IMG/VR virus record: IMGVR_UViG_3300046808_000835
Location: 1-55,838 of that record
Reading direction: 5' to 3' (one strand)
DNA from: a virus
Lineage: Duplodnaviria > Caudoviricetes
DNA: 55,838 nt
The position numbers were made by a program, and so were the translations under genes. Shown here in pieces: positions 6,576-14,496 of this stretch (positions are counted from its first letter, which is position 1; every line of letters starts with the position of its first letter). Below the pieces are notes generated by a model, which worked only from the letters and a program-made list of their open reading frames with translations, was not told the origin of the DNA and did not search any database.

Positions 6576-7024
6576 ACCAAGCTCCTTAATTTTTCCGCGT
6601 ATTTATCAGCGTGATGCTTTTCAACGCGTTTTAGTGCATTAAAACGTTTTTCAGCTAATGTTAACATACTCTTAAACTGTTCGGCATGTACTTTGCTCTC
6701 ACTAGCTTGCTCTAGTGCTTCTTGTTGCGCTTGTGTATCGCCCTCTGCTTTTGCAATAGCTGCAAAATGTGGATACATTTCAGTGTATTCATATGTTTCG
6801 CCAGCAATAGCCAGTTCCAAACACTCCTTTACACTAGGCTTGCCAATTAAGAGTTCTAGATGGCTCCAAGCATGCAGTAGTTCTTGTTTTGCTGTATCAC
6901 GAAAATGTTGAGCAATTTCAGGATAGCCTTGCTCATCACTTAATTTAGCAAAGTAAAGATATTTTGCATGTGCTGAACTTTCTCCAGCAAAAGCACTTTC
7001 TAGGTTTTTACGAGTATGTTTCAT
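6572..7024 (-). CDS. Rubrerythrin (ferritin-like di-iron)
   Basis: NLESAFAGES.A..KY.YFA...QELLHA...AIAGETYEYTEMYP...ES..HA...VE..HA. Confidence 0.92.
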   Translation of the reverse strand: MKHTRKNLESAFAGESSAHAKYLYFAKLSDEQGYPEIAQHFRDTAKQELLHAWSHLELLIGKPSVKECLELAIAGETYEYTEMYPHFAAIAKAEGDTQAQQEALEQASESKVHAEQFKSMLTLAEKRFNALKRVEKHHADKYAEKLRSLV

Positions 7025-7031
7025 ATTTTAT

Positions 7032-7220
7032 TTATGTGTGATCGTGTAAAAAACGAGCTACCAACTCTTTGTGTAGTGTTTCTTTAAACACTTCTCTAGC
7101 CTGCACAAATAGTTGATAACCATGTGAGTTAAAACTTGCTGCTGCACTTGCCATATCATCGGCTAGAGACAATAGTAGTGCTTCTTTTTCAGCAACGTGT
7201 ATTTTGTCTTTGTGTATCAT
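7032..7220 (-). CDS. Hypothetical protein
   Basis: 62-aa ORF tightly packed in the operon. Confidence 0.6.
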   Translation of the reverse strand: MIHKDKIHVAEKEALLLSLADDMASAAASFNSHGYQLFVQAREVFKETLHKELVARFLHDHT

Positions 7221-7229
7221 AGCTACACC

Positions 7230-7619
7230 TTATACCACGTTCCAGTTTGTTCCGCGGAAAACTAAGGTTACACTACCATCACTAGCTGCTAATATAGAGT
7301 AATTGATGGTGTTTTCAATAGTTTCGGCTCCATCAGGAACAATTAATACGTTGCTAGTTTGGCCAGCTTCAGCTTTTATTACTAAGATTCTGCCGTCTGT
7401 GCCAGCCGGAAGATCAATTTGTACATCAACACCAGTACCTACAACTCCAATATAATAATCTGTTGCAGTTACTGAATAAGGACTTGCAGCATTGTTAACT
7501 AAAACAGTACTTACAACGCCCTCGCTAACAGAAATAACGCCATTTGTAACGTCTATTCCCGTGCCTACTTTTACCACACCATATTGTGTGGTTGAACTAA
7601 TTGGAGAATTATATGCCAT
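7230..7619 (-). CDS. Fibre-like protein (fibre shaft repeat plus LP..G..K beta domain)
   Basis: TTQYGVVKVGTGI..TNGVIS; IDLPAGTDGRILVIK...ETIE...SVTLVFRGTNW. Confidence 0.65.
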   Translation of the reverse strand: MAYNSPISSTTQYGVVKVGTGIDVTNGVISVSEGVVSTVLVNNAASPYSVTATDYYIGVVGTGVDVQIDLPAGTDGRILVIKAEAGQTSNVLIVPDGAETIENTINYSILAASDGSVTLVFRGTNWNVV

Positions 7620-7651
7620 TTTATTATTATCCTTATATCGGCATTTTTATA

Positions 7652-7954
7652 TTATGCTATAGTTTTCCAATTGGTTCCGTCGTATGTTAGCAACACGTGA
7701 GAGAACTTATTGTTTAGTATAGCAAATGTAGCACCATCAATTGTTTTACCTGGTGCGGTAATTGTTATTGGATTGCTTTTTGAATTACCAGAAAAATCTT
7801 TTATATAAAAAGATTTCCCACTATTGCCGCTTCCAGCAAATGCTGGCAGCACTATAGAGCTAGCACTTGCAACATTAGAAAATATAATCTGATCGCTAAC
7901 ATTAACGATGTAAGGTGTTGTAGTTACTAGAGTAGTTGTATAGTTAATAGACAT
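7652..7954 (-). CDS. Fibre-type beta-domain protein
   Basis: IVLPA...GKSFYIKD..G....NPITI...GKTIDG...V.L.YDGTNW, a repeat type known from tail fibres. Confidence 0.65.
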   Translation of the reverse strand: MSINYTTTLVTTTPYIVNVSDQIIFSNVASASSIVLPAFAGSGNSGKSFYIKDFSGNSKSNPITITAPGKTIDGATFAILNNKFSHVLLTYDGTNWKTIA

Positions 7955-8506
7955 TTAGCTTATCCTTGTTAATGTAACTTTTGCAGAATAGCCGCTAGGT
8001 CTAACTGGTCCAACAAGAGGAGCCAGTGCAGTTAAACTTGTTGTTGTATCTGCACTACTCCAACACATCTGTATGTTATCTCCAGCCGTCATGTCTAGGG
8101 TATAGTTTCCGCTAATAAATACGGCGGATAAGTTGTTGGTAAGTGGTAGTTCTTGACTACTACCAACTAAGTTTACACCGTTTTTACGTAACCATAAACT
8201 TATAACCGCGGTACCACCAGCAGTTTTGTTTGTGATAATGGTAAATATTTGTGTATAAGTACCAGTATTAGCAACAACAATACTGTTGCCTCCGCTAATA
8301 CTAACACCGTTTGCAGGACCTAGAGTGTCATAAGTAACTATGTTAACAGCATTTGCAACTGGGTTAGTTTGAGTTGTAACACTGGTTGCAAAACCATAAT
8401 TATTTGCAATAGCTGCGCTTATAACACCATTTGTTTCTGTAATACCGCTTCCAACTTTTACTACCCCGTACTTTGTTGTACTTGCTATGTTTTGATTGTA
8501 GCTCAT
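7955..8506 (-). CDS. C1q/BclA-CTD-like jelly-roll protein with N-terminal fibre repeat
   Basis: TTKYGVVKVGSGI; IVVANTGTY...LWLRKNGVNLVGS...LDMTAGDNIQM; ATGA overlap at 8503-8506. Confidence 0.65.
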   Translation of the reverse strand: MSYNQNIASTTKYGVVKVGSGITETNGVISAAIANNYGFATSVTTQTNPVANAVNIVTYDTLGPANGVSISGGNSIVVANTGTYTQIFTIITNKTAGGTAVISLWLRKNGVNLVGSSQELPLTNNLSAVFISGNYTLDMTAGDNIQMCWSSADTTTSLTALAPLVGPVRPSGYSAKVTLTRIS

Positions 8507-9018
8507 ACAACATTCCACTCAATACCGTTATAAACTAATCCAATGCTACCCCAGTCCAAGTCTATTATGTAATTTGGTAATCCATCTATAGAGGAACCTG
8601 TTGTATTTATAGTAATAGGATTTGTATTAGCATCTCCTACTGAATCTTTTACAACAAAAACCTTACCCAAAGTACCGGCTGGAAGTGTAACTGTTGTTGC
8701 GCCATTAAATATAACTCCTAAAAAGTACTCGTCTGCAGTGGCAGTATATGTAGCTTCATCTATTAAAGTAACAGCTACATCAGCCAAAGAACCTGGTGGT
8801 CCTTGTGGTCCTACAGGTCCTTCTGGTCCAACTGGCCCTGGTGGGCCTGCTGGTCCTGCTGGTCCCGGTGGGCCGGGTATTCCTGGTATTCCTGGTGCAT
8901 AGTTAATAAAAAGGTCATTATCTTCAGGAACTACTGGTGGCACTACAGGACATATAACAGGCGGAGGTATTACATACCAATTAAATGGTGGTAATAAGTG
9001 TTGCCGCTGATTCTTCAT
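8503..9018 (-). CDS. Collagen-like protein with C-terminal fibre beta domain
   Basis: About 11 GXY triplets; VTLPAGTLGKVFVVKD...NPITI...IDG...LVYNGIEW. Confidence 0.75.
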   Translation of the reverse strand: MKNQRQHLLPPFNWYVIPPPVICPVVPPVVPEDNDLFINYAPGIPGIPGPPGPAGPAGPPGPVGPEGPVGPQGPPGSLADVAVTLIDEATYTATADEYFLGVIFNGATTVTLPAGTLGKVFVVKDSVGDANTNPITINTTGSSIDGLPNYIIDLDWGSIGLVYNGIEWNVV

Positions 9019-9039
9019 TAGATAGTCCTTATAAAATCG

Positions 9040-9064
9040 CCCCAGTATCTTTTGAATACTGGGG
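9040..9064 (-). terminator. Hairpin/partial terminator after the first operon gene
   Basis: CCCAGTAT-TCAAAAG-ATACTGGG followed by CGATTTT. Confidence 0.5.
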
Positions 9065-9082
9065 CCATCAATTAGTTAGAGA

Positions 9083-9850
9083 TTATCTAATGTTTGTGTT
9101 TGTGTTTGCTGGGTTAGCGGTTAGTGTGCCGCTGCCAACATTGATTGCTTCATTTGTACTACGAATGCTCTGTGATAGACCCCATAGCACATTGTAGAGT
9201 TGCCCCCACTGAGCTTGCTGCTGTTGTTGCTGTTGCATTTGGTTGATGTTATTAGTTGTAGTAACTTCAACACCACGAGTAACTGCACCAGTATCTAACT
9301 TGGCTTGTAGTGCAATAATTGCTGCATTAGCATCAGAGAGTTGACGGTTTAGGGTAGCTTCGTATTGGCTAGTAATTAGAGCACGAGTTTTATCGCCATC
9401 TGTAGTAATATCTTTAGCTAGCTCATAACGGTTTTCCATTATGGAACGCTCAACGCCATTTAGTTGTTGTGCTAAAACCATTGTGCCAGCATTAACAGCT
9501 TCTTTTGTGCCATCAACACGACTAGCTAAAGAGCTTGCTACGTTATTAAGTTGGCTGGTAAGACCAATTGTTTGGTTAGCTTGGCTGGCTTCCATTGCAG
9601 CAGTGCTTACTGCTACCGACTTATCAACAGCACCAATAGCTGCCATTAAGTCCATATTGGCTTGTGTTTGCTCAGGAGGGCTGCGTAAGACAGCTCCGGC
9701 AGCTGCAACGTCGCCGTTGCCGCCAAATAGATTTCCATTGTTGCGAAGTAAGCTGCCTAAGATAAGGCCGCCAATAAGGCCGCCTCCACCGCCAAAAAGC
9801 CCGTCGCCGCCGCTCATCATCATGCCTGCTGGTGTAATACTTTCTGCCAT
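9083..9850 (-). CDS. Gly-rich N-terminus plus long coiled-coil protein
   Basis: GGGGGLIGGLILGSLL hydrophobic segment, DGDKTRALI motif, poly-Q; strong AGGAG RBS. Confidence 0.8.
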   Translation of the reverse strand: MAESITPAGMMMSGGDGLFGGGGGLIGGLILGSLLRNNGNLFGGNGDVAAAGAVLRSPPEQTQANMDLMAAIGAVDKSVAVSTAAMEASQANQTIGLTSQLNNVASSLASRVDGTKEAVNAGTMVLAQQLNGVERSIMENRYELAKDITTDGDKTRALITSQYEATLNRQLSDANAAIIALQAKLDTGAVTRGVEVTTTNNINQMQQQQQQQAQWGQLYNVLWGLSQSIRSTNEAINVGSGTLTANPANTNTNIR

Positions 9851-9927
9851 TTTATTCTCCTGTTGTTATTGTTATTGTGGAGTAGTAAAAAGCAAACAAT
9901 ACCGGCAAGTATTGCTTGCCGACTGCA

Positions 9928-10125
9928 CTAAGTTAGTGCAGGTTTCTGAATAATTAATTCAAACTGATCTAGTGTTAGCAATTCATCAGTTTTACTTAAA
10001 TCTTTTAAGTTTTCTATAATGTAACCTAAGTGTTCTTCTGTTGTTTCAGGCTTTCTAACATGCTCAAAAAGCTTGTGTAACAGTCTAGGACTTAGTTCGA
10101 TTTCATAAATCTTATACTTCGCCAT
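9928..10125 (-). CDS. Hypothetical protein, paralogue of 10112..10369
   Basis: Shared pattern I.L...L..KL.E..R...E.L..I.E....L.....LT. Confidence 0.65.
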   Translation of the reverse strand: MAKYKIYEIELSPRLLHKLFEHVRKPETTEEHLGYIIENLKDLSKTDELLTLDQFELIIQKPALT

Positions 10126-10369
10126 CAGCAAACTCCTTTACAGGTAAGTCTACTGTTACTGTACGAGACTCTGGCACTATCTTTAAGTAGTGTGCCATTG
10201 TTAGTGTATATCCGTGATTGGTTAAACCAATTGCTCTTTCAGTGATCCAATGTAAATCTTCATCACTAAAACTATCTTCACGAGCATACTCTAACAGTTT
10301 CAAGAACAGTGGTACATTTATGTGCAACACGTCATGTTCATTATAGTTATATTCTGGGTACATATGCAT
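10112..10369 (-). CDS. Hypothetical protein (VPLFLKLLEYARED type)
   Basis: 85-aa ORF with GGAG RBS. Confidence 0.7.
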   Translation of the reverse strand: MHMYPEYNYNEHDVLHINVPLFLKLLEYAREDSFSDEDLHWITERAIGLTNHGYTLTMAHYLKIVPESRTVTVDLPVKEFADGEV

Positions 10370-10429
10370 CTCCGTGCATTTAATTAATGCTGAATTCGTC
10401 TCAGCTACGTTTAAGGCTTTGCCATAAAT

Positions 10430-10504
10430 TGGTGGACCGCTGGAGGATCGAACTCCAACTTAAGCCGTGCAAAGGCCTCGTGCTCCCATTATCACTAGCA
10501 GCCC
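10430..10504 (-). tRNA. tRNA-Ala(TGC)
   Basis: Loop TTTGCAC, G3.U70 pair, ACCA. Confidence 0.92.
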
Positions 10505-10506
10505 AT

Positions 10507-10657
10507 TTAAATAGTAAGAGTACCGCTGTCTGTTTAAAGGCAAGTTAGCCTCCTTAATCACTAAGAACAGCACCACTGTTACAAATTAAGGTTGGATATT
10601 ACCGTAGCGGTCTGGCGGCTGGTTAAGCACCTTTGCTCTCAGACTCTTACTGTTTAA
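10507..10657 (-). ncRNA. Candidate ~150-nt structured RNA
   Basis: 15-bp closing stem TTAAACAGTAAGAGT/ACTCTTACTATTTAA; internal CCTTAAT/ATTAAGG, AACAG/CTGTT, AGGC/GCCT. Confidence 0.45.
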
Positions 10658-10776
10658 CTATACTTTAGGAATCAATGGATTGCTAAAGTATAGCCCCTGT
10701 TCTTTGCAGGGTCGGGAATCGCAGCCCTCAGTGCTTTCAACACACCTATGCCACCCGTTTGAACTATACTGGTTTT

Positions 10777-10962
10777 TTAGTAAACCAACTCACTGTATGA
10801 CGGAAACCGGAGACTATGGCCAGTAGTCGTGGCTAGCTGTTTCTCATCAAACAGTGGACAGTGATACTCGATCAGGTATCTACCGTCAAAACGATCAAGC
10901 ACCTCGCAAGGTACCCAATACGCATTTCGCCATCCAGGAATGCTATAATATACTGTTGGCAT
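10777..10962 (-). CDS. Hypothetical protein
   Basis: MPTVYYSIPGW...; GGAG RBS; the longer ORF-track start overlaps a tRNA. Confidence 0.6.
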   Translation of the reverse strand: MPTVYYSIPGWRNAYWVPCEVLDRFDGRYLIEYHCPLFDEKQLATTTGHSLRFPSYSELVY

Positions 10963-10980
10963 ATTAAACTCCAAAAATTG

Positions 10981-11064
10981 TGGTGCGCAAGGAGAGACTC
11001 GAACTCTCACGCCTTGCGGCACTGGCTTCTAAGACCAGCGTGGCTACCATTACACCACTCGCGC
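10981..11064 (-). tRNA. tRNA-Leu(TAG)
   Basis: Type II cloverleaf, loop CTTAGAA, CCA. Confidence 0.95.
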
Positions 11065-11250
11065 ACAGTGTTCTTTGTATTGTCTGATAGCTTCAGCATC
11101 TAAACTGCAATACTGACGAAACTTGTCTACACTAACCGTTTCCGAAAACTTTTTAGCAAGTTGATACTGTTGTTCTACAATATCAAGACCCAAGCACTCG
11201 TATCGGCTAACAAATGCACCGATCAAAAATTCTTTAGTGTAACCAGACAT
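11050..11250 (-). CDS. Hypothetical protein
   Basis: GGAG RBS, downstream of promoter; YTKEFLI.AFVSRY. Confidence 0.7.
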   Translation of the reverse strand: MSGYTKEFLIGAFVSRYECLGLDIVEQQYQLAKKFSETVSVDKFRQYCSLDAEAIRQYKEHCARVV

Positions 11251-11273
11251 GATTTCTCCAGTTGATAAATAAT

Positions 11274-11302
11274 ATTATAGCATGGGAGACAATACAAGTC
11301 AA
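11274..11302 (-). promoter_or_regulatory. sigma70-type promoter
   Basis: TTGACT-17-TATAAT with AT-rich UP element. Confidence 0.8.
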
Positions 11303-11342
11303 ATGTAAATTTTTTGTGTCATAATTTCGACAAACAAATGTT

Positions 11343-11768
11343 TTAATCTAACAACTTACATCTAATCGTCTCTTGTAGTTCGGGATGCATATATTGATAT
11401 GCGTCATCCAAGTCCCATACTACACTTTTGGGTAGTATTACACCGTTCCAGTAGTGCGTATGTTCGTACAATACTCTAGCACTAAAAAAGCTGGTATTAT
11501 CTACAAAAACAATCTTTGAGGCCCAACTAACCAAGTTTGCACTAATACGAATTACGCTATAAGGCTCTGTACCACAGCTGCGACAATTAACATTAAGTTG
11601 TTGCTGTGTAACACGTGCACAAGTAGCACTACGAAGTACTCCACCGTTATCCACAAAAAGCCATCGTGGAATATCTCCTTCGTAAGGAGTGGCATATGCA
11701 GCTGTTAGATGATAAAGGGGATCTTCTACAACAGGTTTATAATCTGTAAATGTTTGCGCTAGTTTCAT
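11343..11768 (-). CDS. LMW protein-tyrosine-phosphatase-like protein (P-loop Cys replaced by Asp)
   Basis: WLFVDNGGVLRSAT...RSCGT...LVSWASKIVF versus canonical LFVCx5RS...SAGT...WAD.I. Confidence 0.6.
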   Translation of the reverse strand: MKLAQTFTDYKPVVEDPLYHLTAAYATPYEGDIPRWLFVDNGGVLRSATCARVTQQQLNVNCRSCGTEPYSVIRISANLVSWASKIVFVDNTSFFSARVLYEHTHYWNGVILPKSVVWDLDDAYQYMHPELQETIRCKLLD

Positions 11769-12757
11769 TCTAAAAAGCTCTTAACTGAAAGGTTCTTTTG
11801 CTTGGCTTCGCACATAATGTCAAACTGGGGCCTAAAGCTGGCAGCCCAATTATTACATGCTCGATTCCAGTAATATTCACTGTGTGCACGTAGTTTGGTA
11901 CTGGTAAAGCCTTGAGACTTTAGTTCACTTAGATTAGGCAGTGTTTCTGGGTCATGATCTACTACACAATCTTCACGAGATACTGAATAGTGTATTACAG
12001 GTCTAACACCTCGCCAAGATTCAATAATTTGTTGAACTCGAGCATCATCTGGTTTGATATACTCGCCTGTTGCAATCCAGTGATGATGAATGTCTAGCAC
12101 TAGTGCACAGTCTTTGGCCAGCTCTAAGCTATGTTCAACATGCCAAGTATACTCAGCATTTTCAATAGTTAAACAGTTTCGTGCTTCACTACTAAGTTTG
12201 CGTAATGCTTCACGAATACCTTGTGGGCCTCGCTTACCGCCGATATGCACATTGCATTTAAAGTCTTGAAATTGTCGACCAAAACCCATGTAACGAATAA
12301 TGTCACAGTGATACTCAAACTCTACCACACTGCGTTCAACAATTTCTGGGTTTTCACTAGCCAATACACAGAACTGACCGGGATGAAAACTAAGACGAAT
12401 GTCATGCTTGCGAGCATATTCACCACAGCGACTAAGATTACGCTCTAGCCAGTTAACGGTATCTTGCGTAAAATAAAATGCCAGCCAATCATCATGTGTG
12501 TAGGCTGGCAGTAAGTCGCTGCTGATACGAAACATACGTTGTTCACGTGGCAGTTTTGCAACAAATTCTAGTTGTTTTTGCAGTGCTTGTACATTTGATT
12601 GTGTTAAGTCCCACAGTCGCTTTTCAGCAACTGCGCGAGTTTGTGAACTAAGCCACTTAATTGTAGTAGACTTTTGATTGCAACTTGCTAGGGCTTTGTC
12701 ATGCGATTCTTGTACTTTGCACGCAAAGCCTACACGTTGTACTGTTTGGTCGAACAT
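11765..12757 (-). CDS. uvsE: UV-damage endonuclease UvsE/UVDE
   Basis: GFACK, FRISSDLLP, RLSFHPGQF.VLAS, TIEN, LVLDIHHHW, HYS, RAHS, DIMCEAK.K. Confidence 0.93.
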   Translation of the reverse strand: MFDQTVQRVGFACKVQESHDKALASCNQKSTTIKWLSSQTRAVAEKRLWDLTQSNVQALQKQLEFVAKLPREQRMFRISSDLLPAYTHDDWLAFYFTQDTVNWLERNLSRCGEYARKHDIRLSFHPGQFCVLASENPEIVERSVVEFEYHCDIIRYMGFGRQFQDFKCNVHIGGKRGPQGIREALRKLSSEARNCLTIENAEYTWHVEHSLELAKDCALVLDIHHHWIATGEYIKPDDARVQQIIESWRGVRPVIHYSVSREDCVVDHDPETLPNLSELKSQGFTSTKLRAHSEYYWNRACNNWAASFRPQFDIMCEAKQKNLSVKSFLE

Positions 12758-12821
12758 TGGTTTCTCTGTTATAACACAAACAACATTATCTCATGTTTAA
12801 ATTAAATATTCAAGACAATAA

Positions 12822-13049
12822 TTACATTCCTTCTAGATGGCGACAGTAATTACAAATAGGATTGTCGTCCAAATCTAGGATTAATTTGTTTGTCCATATA
12901 TCACAGTGAGTGCATTGATGCAAATTAATTTTATAGCTATCAACACTATCATAATCAATGCCTAACGCATCGCAAGCATCATATAAACTGTGACGAGTAT
13001 TAAGTAAATATTGTGTAAGACGTTTATACATCTGATTTATATCGGTCAT
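12822..13049 (-). CDS. Zn-ribbon hypothetical protein
   Basis: CTHC ... CNYC. Confidence 0.65.
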   Translation of the reverse strand: MTDINQMYKRLTQYLLNTRHSLYDACDALGIDYDSVDSYKINLHQCTHCDIWTNKLILDLDDNPICNYCRHLEGM

Positions 13050-13392
13050 CCAAATGAGGATGCGTTTTCTCCAATTCAATTAAAAACATAAGACAACAAG
13101 CTGCATGAGCTAAGTGACTAATTCCAGTTTCTGAATCAACTGATTCACCGCTGTTCCAGGCTAACAAATGCCGCATAGCAGCACTGTAAGGACGACTCCA
13201 AGCAAAACCACTACGCCAGTTATGGGCACTATATTTTTGTGCACCAAACTGCAGTACTCGGGCCATTTGCTCTAGTGAGTAAGTACTCAATAAATGCATT
13301 GGCAGTTTGTCTTGATCATATTTAATTGCGCCTAGTTTTTCAGTTAGTTGTTCAGTCATTTGTTTAAAAGCAGTTTCAAAGTTGTAGTGCAT
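13024..13392 (-). CDS. dATP/dGTP diphosphohydrolase domain protein (DUF5664)
   Basis: KYDQDK...VLQFGAQKY..HNW..G...AAMRHL.AW..GE..D.ETG.SHLAHAAC. Confidence 0.88.
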   Translation of the reverse strand: MHYNFETAFKQMTEQLTEKLGAIKYDQDKLPMHLLSTYSLEQMARVLQFGAQKYSAHNWRSGFAWSRPYSAAMRHLLAWNSGESVDSETGISHLAHAACCLMFLIELEKTHPHLDDRYKSDV

Positions 13393-13616
13393 AAAAGAGG
13401 TGGGCCGCCGAAGCGGCCCGGCTAGATGACTAGCAATTGTGGAAACTGTACATGCACAGAATTACACCACGGCATTAAGCAGTATAATACAAGAGCATAT
13501 TCTCATATTTCATAACTTAATTAATGTCGATTTGGGTTGTTTCTTGCCTCAGGGCGGTTAGCGGCCAAACGCGAAACTCCGCTAAAACATTATTATAACA
13601 GGAATGGGTTACAGAA

Positions 13617-13817
13617 TCAACTGCCTTTTTTCGGCCGTAATAGTGCGGCAACATTCTTTGCATAAACAGTTTCTGATAGTATATGTGTTGGCACATCGCT
13701 GTAATCAACTGGCACGCCTAAGTAACGGCAACGTTCAACATAAGCAGGCAATAATTTGTTTATTACTAGTTGCTCTAGTTGCTGTGTGTAGCCGTCTGGA
13801 TCACTAAAAATTTTCAT
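13617..13817 (-). CDS. Hypothetical protein
   Basis: Start MKIFSD downstream of a TTGTAT-17-TATAAT promoter. Confidence 0.55.
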   Translation of the reverse strand: MKIFSDPDGYTQQLEQLVINKLLPAYVERCRYLGVPVDYSDVPTHILSETVYAKNVAALLRPKKGS

Positions 13818-13917
13818 AATACAAATTCCTGGGGTTTTACACATTATATCATGGGTACTCAAATCATACAACAGCGAATTTTTTGTGCTTTGGCGCTGTG
13901 CCACAAAAAATTCACTG

Positions 13918-13946
13918 TTGACAGTTTGCGTAAAAAGTACTATACT
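13918..13946 (+). promoter_or_regulatory. sigma70-type promoter at the strand-divergence point
   Basis: TTGACA-17-TATACT. Confidence 0.85.
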
Positions 13947-13971
13947 ATATTTTTAACAATTTTGTCTCAAA

Positions 13972-14496
13972 ATGTACACCTACTATTCATGTTACAGGAA
14001 AAACGCTAAACAGTCAAACACTGCGAGTGTGGCTGTAAAAACAGCCATAGTAACAGTATTGTTTAGTATTTCCACGCAAGTTTTTGCGCCTGAACCTGTT
14101 CGTGGCACAGTATACCAACTAACACAAAAAGATACACACTGTTTAGTTCGCAACGTGTACTACGAAAGTGCAAATCAACCAATTGAGGGTCAGGCTGCTG
14201 TTCTTCAAACTACACTTAACCGTGCATTTGCTAACCGTGAAAGTATCTGTAAAACAGTATACAAACAATTGGTAAACGGTGTGTGTCAGTTTTCTTGGAC
14301 TTGTCAAACACCAAAATATATACCTCCACTAAAGTATAAACAAACACATGACTTTGTAACAGACTATGTATCTGGCAGATACCCACACTGGCAAGAAAAG
14401 TATAAAGACACAAAGTACTTTCATGCAACATACATCAATCCCGGCTGGAAACGCAAAGTAGTTGACAAAGTTGGACAACACGTTTTTTATGAATAA
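13972..14496 (+). CDS. Cell-wall hydrolase SleB-like (Hydrolase_2)
   Basis: CLVRNVYYES.NQP.EGQ.AV...LNR...ICKTVYK...CQFSW...YFHA.Y..P.W...GQHVFY. Confidence 0.9.
   Translation: MYTYYSCYRKNAKQSNTASVAVKTAIVTVLFSISTQVFAPEPVRGTVYQLTQKDTHCLVRNVYYESANQPIEGQAAVLQTTLNRAFANRESICKTVYKQLVNGVCQFSWTCQTPKYIPPLKYKQTHDFVTDYVSGRYPHWQEKYKDTKYFHATYINPGWKRKVVDKVGQHVFYE

Noticed and set aside
9441-9953. 170-aa plus-strand ORF and other antisense ORFs (e.g. 25392, 27080, 35818, those inside the TMP and fibre genes)
   Set aside because: Antisense shadows of well-supported genes, without RBS or motifs.
13024-13392. Evidence for a Z-genome or other base substitution
   Set aside because: DUF5664 alone is common in ordinary phages; no purZ or datZ seen in the window.
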